Positions 57,431 through 64,000 of a stretch of DNA of 64,000 nucleotides are shown piece after piece. A model generated the notes under the pieces. It was not told the origin of the DNA and did no database searches. It saw only the letters and a list, made by a program, of their open reading frames with translations. The stretch comes from Eutreptiella sp. 'Long Island Sound 2002' (taxonomy: Eukaryota; Protista; Euglenida), in the NCBI GenBank assembly GCA_964036045.1, contig OZ038379.1, positions 24,118,001 to 24,182,000 of the forward strand, given 5' to 3'. Each line of letters starts with the position of its first letter. The first letter of the stretch is position 1. Position numbers and translations under genes: made by a program.

Positions 57431-59603
57431 CCAATGCAGCTGCAAAAAAGCCAACCTTGCCAAATGCCCAAAGGAGGCAAGAGCACTGCAGCAAGGATAG
57501 AGGCAAAAACAATTCCAAGAGGCTAGGGAGGAGCAAGAGGCCAAAGGGGTGGAGCAGCATCAGGAGCAGAAAGGTGGGGGACAGGAGGAAGGTGACACAT
57601 CTGGCCCTCACACACATTTTGAGTACCTCTGGCATAGCAAAGCACTGAAGCCATGGCGTGAAGAATGGCATGCGCCGCAGCAACACTTTTGCACCCAAAC
57701 ACTTCATTGGATTGGACTGAAATTGCCAACGGCGGGGGCATTCAGTCAATCAGAACCGACCATCAATCCCCATTTGCACCCCACAGGAGGTGATCAAGGA
57801 ATCCGTTGAAAACAATGTGGAGTGATAAGGAATCCGTGGCCCCTATTGCAGGGATAATAGCCCACATCAATGCAGGAAATTTATTCAATGTGCCACCACA
57901 AGAGCTCAAAAGTGGTGGTTGCCTAAAGATAACCTGGAGAATGGAGCAAATCACTGCATGTGGATTGTATTTGCTGCAAACATTTGCAGAACACAGATGA
58001 AGCGCCTCCTCCAAATCTGTGTGTTCAGAAAAGGGTTCTTTGGCCAAAATGACTTGCCTCGACCAACAATAATATCACACAAAAGACCTGGCACTCGACA
58101 CCAGCTCTGGTACTACATGGTCATGTACTAGTTTTCATGTAACCTCTCTGGGGGTAATTAAGCATGGTGTGGTGTACTCTCAAGTCTTGACTGTTTTGTG
58201 GTTGTTCACACACTACACTAGGGGCAAAGCGGAAAAGCATCAAGTATTCCATGGGAGGGGCGGTTGGGGGTGAAGTATTGTTGTTTATTTGTGTTTGTAT
58301 TTGGTCAGATGTTGAGACACACCAGGGGGCTGGGACCCCTAACAAGACTGCTGATTGGCCAGCCATGTGCCAATGCACATCCCATGCCTGGCCGGCTCTG
58401 CTGAGCAGGTGGGGCCTGGCTATCTTCAGTCATTTACTGCTGCTGCCATCCCCATCCGAGTCACTCGCTATCCCTCAGGGGCACTTGAGCCCCAGGGCAC
58501 TTCTTTGGTCCTCTGGCGAGCTGAGCGGTGTACGACGCAACGCTGCTGGGACGTTACCACTGTTGTTGTCGGACTCATCGCTGTTGGCAAAGCTAAGTGC
58601 CATCATCGGTGCTAGTGCCACTCTAGCCTGCGATGCCTCCGAGTTGCGGGGTGAGGCAGCTTAGGAAAGCTAGTAGCTGTGGACAATGGTTGGTGTGTGG
58701 TGGTTCCCATTGTCTGTTGCATGGTGCCAGGAAGTTGGCCGAGAACATCGCAACCTCGGAGGGGTGGTGCAACGTCTGGGCCAGTGGTGTCTAGCCTAGA
58801 ATACATGGGGCACGATGCGTCAGCAGGGTGCAGGCTCCCGGGGCTCACAGTGGGAGTGCATGGGAGTTGTGCACACACATTGATGTGTGTCGGCTTTCTC
58901 CAGGATGGTGGTGTCTTTTTTTGGAGTCCCCCATCAACATCTTGAAGAAACAACTGGTGCAGAAGTCCTCTGTGGCCTTGTGCAGCCCTGCCCCTGCTCT
59001 GCGCCCCCTGTGCCTGTGTGGCCCTGTGACCGTCCTGTGTGTTGCTGATTGTCCCCTGTCACCCACCATTGGGGCATCATGCAAACGAGATCCCCCACTG
59101 GTTGGGTGCAGCGATCTTGCGTGGAAAACAGCAGAGTTGCATCTGACTCCTCATAGACTGACCCCTCACCTTTAACCCCCCCCAAAACCATTTTCGTCCC
59201 AAGTGCTCTAGCCTCCATGGGATGTGGGGCTACAGGTGAGGCCTGTTGTTTTACGAAGCAAGATCGCCTGTAGCATCGCAGAGGTTCGATGCAGCGGGCG
59301 CGGGTCTGGAAGGTCTGAAGCTGGAAGGGGGTGGGATGCGAGGATGAGGAGCACGCAGTGCGTCGGGACTAGGGCGAAGTCCCCCGCCGACGGTTGGCAA
59401 CTGACGGCAGGTCACAATTCGTTGGCCCTCCTTTGTCAACATTGTGAGGTTGAGATGTGGATGATGTTAGCCGTGTTTGTTGGCTGGCTGGCCCACCCAG
59501 ACCCTTTTCACAGCGTAGTCTCTGTGGTTTTCCGACCCCTGCCTTCTTGTCTGCCTGCAGATGCCCCCCCACCAAATGCACTTCCATCACTCCCACTGCT
59601 CAG

Positions 59604-59831
59604 GGGTCATACAACGGATACCCCGTGCTCCCTGGGTACTGGGGTTCATACTGCCTTGACGGCCTGGCTATGGCCCTTTGGGGGCTATACCATTCCAATT
59701 CATTTGAGGAGGCAATTATCCGCGTCGTCAATTTTTTGGGAGACGCCGACAGCACTGGAGCAGTTGTGGGGCAAATGGCAGGGGCCCTGTATGGCTACCG
59801 GGGCATCAAGGCTGGCCCCCCAGATCGTAAG
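59604..59831 (+). CDS. ADP-ribosylglycohydrolase exon 5 (3' boundary and terminal exon uncertain)
   Basis: CTCAG|GGG TCA TAC. Encodes GSYNGYPVLPGYWGSYCLDGLAMALW...VNFLGDADSTGAVVGQMAGALYGY with the GDxDS/T motif. Candidate donor AAG|GTGTGT at 59832. Confidence 0.88.
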
Positions 59832-62401
59832 GTGTGTGGTGAGCTGCCTGCCCGTCAGGGTGGATCACACGCCATGTTGTCATCGGGTGATTGATCACGT
59901 GGTATCCATGTTGGTTTGCAGGCGGACTGGCTCCCAAGTAGGGCCATAGGTCCGTGTCCGTTGCACCCAGAAATTCCTTGGTGGCTGCAACAGGTGATTG
60001 CAGCAATTTGCAATTGACGCTGCTTTTTTTTACCCTTTTGGGGAACGGGGGGGGGGGGGGTACGGGGGGGCGACTTCGCACCAACTATCCCCGGACAAAA
60101 GCACGTAACGGGGCATCAAAAACAGAAGGCACGAAGCATTTGTGTGCCTTCCTTCTTCCCACAAAACAAGGGCAACAGTAGCAGAATCATGCACAAGTAC
60201 CACTACAGTTCCCACTGTGCTCTTGCTACTCCTGCTGCTGCTTTTGTACACTTTTGACACCTCGTCGTTTCTTTGCCATTTAGTGTTGCCTCAGGTGATG
60301 TGGTGAAGCGGATACAAGGTGCTTGTCCAGGGGCAACATCCACAAGTAAACGAGTTTTTGGACTCTTGACTCGGCACAGTTTGAAATTCGGTGAAACGCA
60401 CTAGTCTATAAGGTCCAGACTTCGGCTCACACGATGCATGTACACCTTATCAAATGCACTTTTGTGATTTGAAGTCATTTGCAAAGCATCGTTTGACATC
60501 AATGAACAGACATGAACATGAGTTATCAACAAGACCCATCCAACCCCACAATGCGCACATGAAGGCCAGTTGTCAACTGCCGCCGAAAATTTTTTTTATT
60601 GTGTGACGGTGAACCCTTCCTCTCAAAAGAAGCAATTACACCTTTCTGACACTAGGTATCTACCCCCTGTCTCTCTGCCATGAACTGGGATGGGCAAAGG
60701 TGCATAGGTGGGGCTTCCCGTATGTCACAACATTCATACCGGAGAATTATACCTGGGGATAGAGTACAGGGGTTCACTCCAGGCCCCATTTATGGAATGG
60801 GGAGTCTCAGGGGCTCGAGTATCCAATTCCATGATTTGCTGCGCCTGCACTTACCGGCCATCACTTGCCTTCGGTTACCAACCAACCGCCACAGGTCTCC
60901 AACATTTGTCGTTGTTACGCTCGCTGGGGCTTTCTGTTCAGGAGTCAGCCCTCTTTTTTGTGTGCTGCTGATGATCACCCGGCGTTCTCTATTTGTGGTA
61001 CACTCCAAGGGTGAAGGGGTGTACTGCTCGCACTGCACCACACAGGCCAACCCATTCCCCCACTTACAACCCCCACCCCCACACAGAGGACACTTCATCG
61101 CCATGCAAAATGCGGCCAAGTGGCGCCAAAATTCAACCCTACTGCTCCCTTCGATTTTGATTTTGGTTGCTTTCTTTACTGAATGTTGCAATGCATGCAA
61201 TGCAAAAAACTGGCACTCAGCGAGTACGAGTACGCCGAGAAACCCTTCCAATTAGGATCCATTGCTCCTTCCTTTGCAGACAGGGAGTGGTTCGACAGCC
61301 AACTCGTGTCAGGCCACCCGTTGAACAACTTCTTGGGTACCCCTGCGTACCTTCAAAACACTATATCCAAGCAATTTTGCCACTTTCCTCGACCTTCCCC
61401 TCTTTACTTTTTCTCCCGTGGAATTGCGTGTTGGATGCATCGCACGCCCCAAGAGATTATGTGTTTTACATCGAGACTCATTCTGCATACTCGTGGCTGA
61501 TCATCTTTCGTTCCTTCCCTTGACTCTGGCACTGCGGTGTCTGCTATGCCACATCCTTAGCGGTTCGAGCATCACCTTCATGTTGCCCAGTTCTGCCAGG
61601 GTTGCCCACGATTATGCTCCGACAGACTCTGCGACAGAAACGGCTACTGCAACTCCTGGTGAAACAGGTCCTTTCAGGCGGAGAAGTCACACGAAATTCA
61701 GTATGGGACAAGGGTGTGCACTCTTTGCAGTCACCGCGCTGAAGGTCAAAGCTGCGTCTGCACCCACCACCTCAAGACGTCAAACGGGCGCAGCTCTCAA
61801 CGCACAGCAGACATCAGGGACCGGACTCTCACACGCCTGGGCCTCAATGGAGCACTGGCACACCAGTGACCGGTTTGCGGCTGCTGGCGTCGGTGGACCA
61901 TCGGCTCGATGATTGTCTGCCGCGCGATTGGCCGCAATTCTGCACTGCGAAACCTCAGGCTTCATTTTAGTGAAGAGGGGGGAAACAAAGATCATCTCAT
62001 TCCTCAAGGTCTCCCCTGTGCTCATGTGACTCTAATGAGCAAACACATGGGTGACCCAGTTTTTCAGGGCAGGCCAGTGGGTGTGAGACCTGAGCTGCGC
62101 GTTCAAACAATACCGAGGGCACGTCCTGATGACGTGTGGCAGTTGTTTATGACGTGCGACTCATTCAATCTTAGGTCAAGTATCAAGCACGTCCGGATGC
62201 TGGGAGCATAAGTGATATGGACAAAGGTGTGTCCGCCGTTTCTGCGAGGCCCTGCCACGCTCAGAGATCAAGCGTTCCGTTGCGTAAGAGGTGCCATGAG
62301 GTGCGCTTGAGTGACGGCTCGACAGTCAAAGAGGCCCCTCAACAGCCCTCGGCAACGCTCTTTTCGGCGCAATGGGACCGGGACACCACCCGACAACAGC
62401 A

Positions 62402-64000
62402 GCACAGCGCACCCCACACAGCGCACCCCACACAGCGCATCCCACACAGCGCACTCCACACAGCGCACTCCACACAGCGCACTCCACACAGCGCATCCCA
62501 CACAGCGCACTCCACACAGCGCACTCCACACAGCGCACTCCACACAGCGCACTCCACACAGCGCACCCCACACAGCGCACCCCACACAGCGCACCCCACA
62601 CAGCGCACTCCACACAGCGCACCCCACAGCGCGCACCCCACACAGCGCACCCCACACAGCGCACCCCACACAGCGCACCCCACACAGCGCACTCCACACA
62701 GCGCACTCCACACAGCGCACTGCACACAGCGCACTCCACACAGCGCACTCCACACAGCGCACTCCACACAGCGCACTCCACACAGCGCACCCCACACAGC
62801 GCACTCCACACAGCGCACCCCACACAGCGCACCCCACACAGCGCACCCCACACAGCGCACTCCACACAGCGCACTCCACACAGCGCACTCCACACAGCGC
62901 ACTCCACACAGCACACTCCACACAGCGCACTCCACACAGCGCACTCCACACAGCGCACTCCACACAGCGCACTCCACACAGCGCACTCCACACAGCGCAC
63001 TCCACACAGCGCACTCCACACAGCGCACTCCACACAGCGCACTCCACACAGCGCACTCCACACAGCGCACTCCACACAGCGCACTCCACACAGCGCACTC
63101 CACACAGCGCACTCCACACAGCGCACTCCACACAGCGCACTCCACACAGCGCACTCCACACAGCGCACTCCACACAGCGCACTCCACACAGCGCACTCCA
63201 CACAGCGCACTCCACACAGCGCACTCCACACAGCGCACCCCACACAGCGCACTCCACACAGCGCACCCCACACAGCGCACCCCACACAGCGCACCCCACA
63301 CAGCGCACTCCACACAGCGCACTCCACACAGCGCACTCCACACAGCGCACTCCACACAGCGCACTCCACACAGCGCACTCCACACAGCGCACTCCACACA
63401 GCGCACTCCACACAGCGCACTCCACACAGCGCACTCCACACAGCGCACTCCACACAGCGCACTCCACACAGCGCACTCCACACAGCGCACCCCACACAGC
63501 GCACTCCACACAGCGCACTCCACACAGCGCACTCCACACAGCGCACTCCACACAGCGCACTCCACACAGCGCACCCCACACAGCGCACTCCACACAGCGC
63601 ACTCCACACAGCGCACCCCACACAGCGCACTCCACACAGCGCACTCCACACAGCGCACTCCACACAGCGCACCCCACACAGCGCACTCCACACAGCGCAC
63701 TCCACACAGCGCACCCCACACAGCGCACTCCACACAGCGCACTCCACACAGCGCACTCCACACAGCGCACTCCACACAGCGCACTCCACACAGCGCACTC
63801 CACACAGCGCACTCCACACAGCGCACTCCACACAGCGCACTCCACACAGCGCACCCCACACAGCGCACTCCACACAGCGCACTCCACACAGCGCACTCCA
63901 CACAGCGCACCCCAGACAGCGCACTCCACACAGCGCACTCCACACAGCGCACTCCACACAGCGCACTCCACACAGCGCACTCCACACAGCGCACTCCACA
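62402..64000. repeat. 14-bp minisatellite (CACAGCGCACTCCA/CACAGCGCACCCCA)n, running off the window
   Basis: More than 110 near-perfect copies, directly visible. Confidence 0.98.

Noticed and set aside
60290-62400. Candidate terminal ARH exons (60293, 61280/61284, ~62340)
   Set aside because: None gives both a compatible splice phase and recognisable ARH C-terminal sequence; left unresolved.
62268-63999. Three ~550-570 aa minus-strand ORFs
   Set aside because: Artefact of a 14-bp repeat with no stop codon in any minus frame.

Overview
Repeat-rich eukaryotic genomic DNA with spliceosomal GT-AG and GC-AG introns and short TTAGGG-type tracts. A euglenid-type protist origin is my unverified inference. 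From left to right: (1) An apparently intact, minus-strand two-ORF non-LTR retrotransposon. ORF1 is 976 aa. ORF2 (>=1655 codons) runs off the window and is absent from the ORF track; it carries an unexplained N-terminal domain, then APE endonuclease, RT, RNase H and a CCHC finger. (2) A 4.5-kb hairpin-forming 47-bp satellite with ~1.15-kb higher-order structure, followed by pentamer microsatellites. (3) Three paralogous 4TM/2-pore-domain channel-like genes that lack the GYG selectivity filter. (4) Decayed DNA transposons (CMC/Transib-like, HTH-type, hAT, a TIR-bounded non-autonomous element) and a frameshifted Penelope-like RT with an internal telomere-repeat tract. (5) A multi-exon ADP-ribosylglycohydrolase gene whose 14.7-kb GC-AG intron contains a same-strand PP2C phosphatase gene. 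(6) A 14-bp minisatellite running off the right edge. All calls come from manual translation and motif recognition; no database searches were run.
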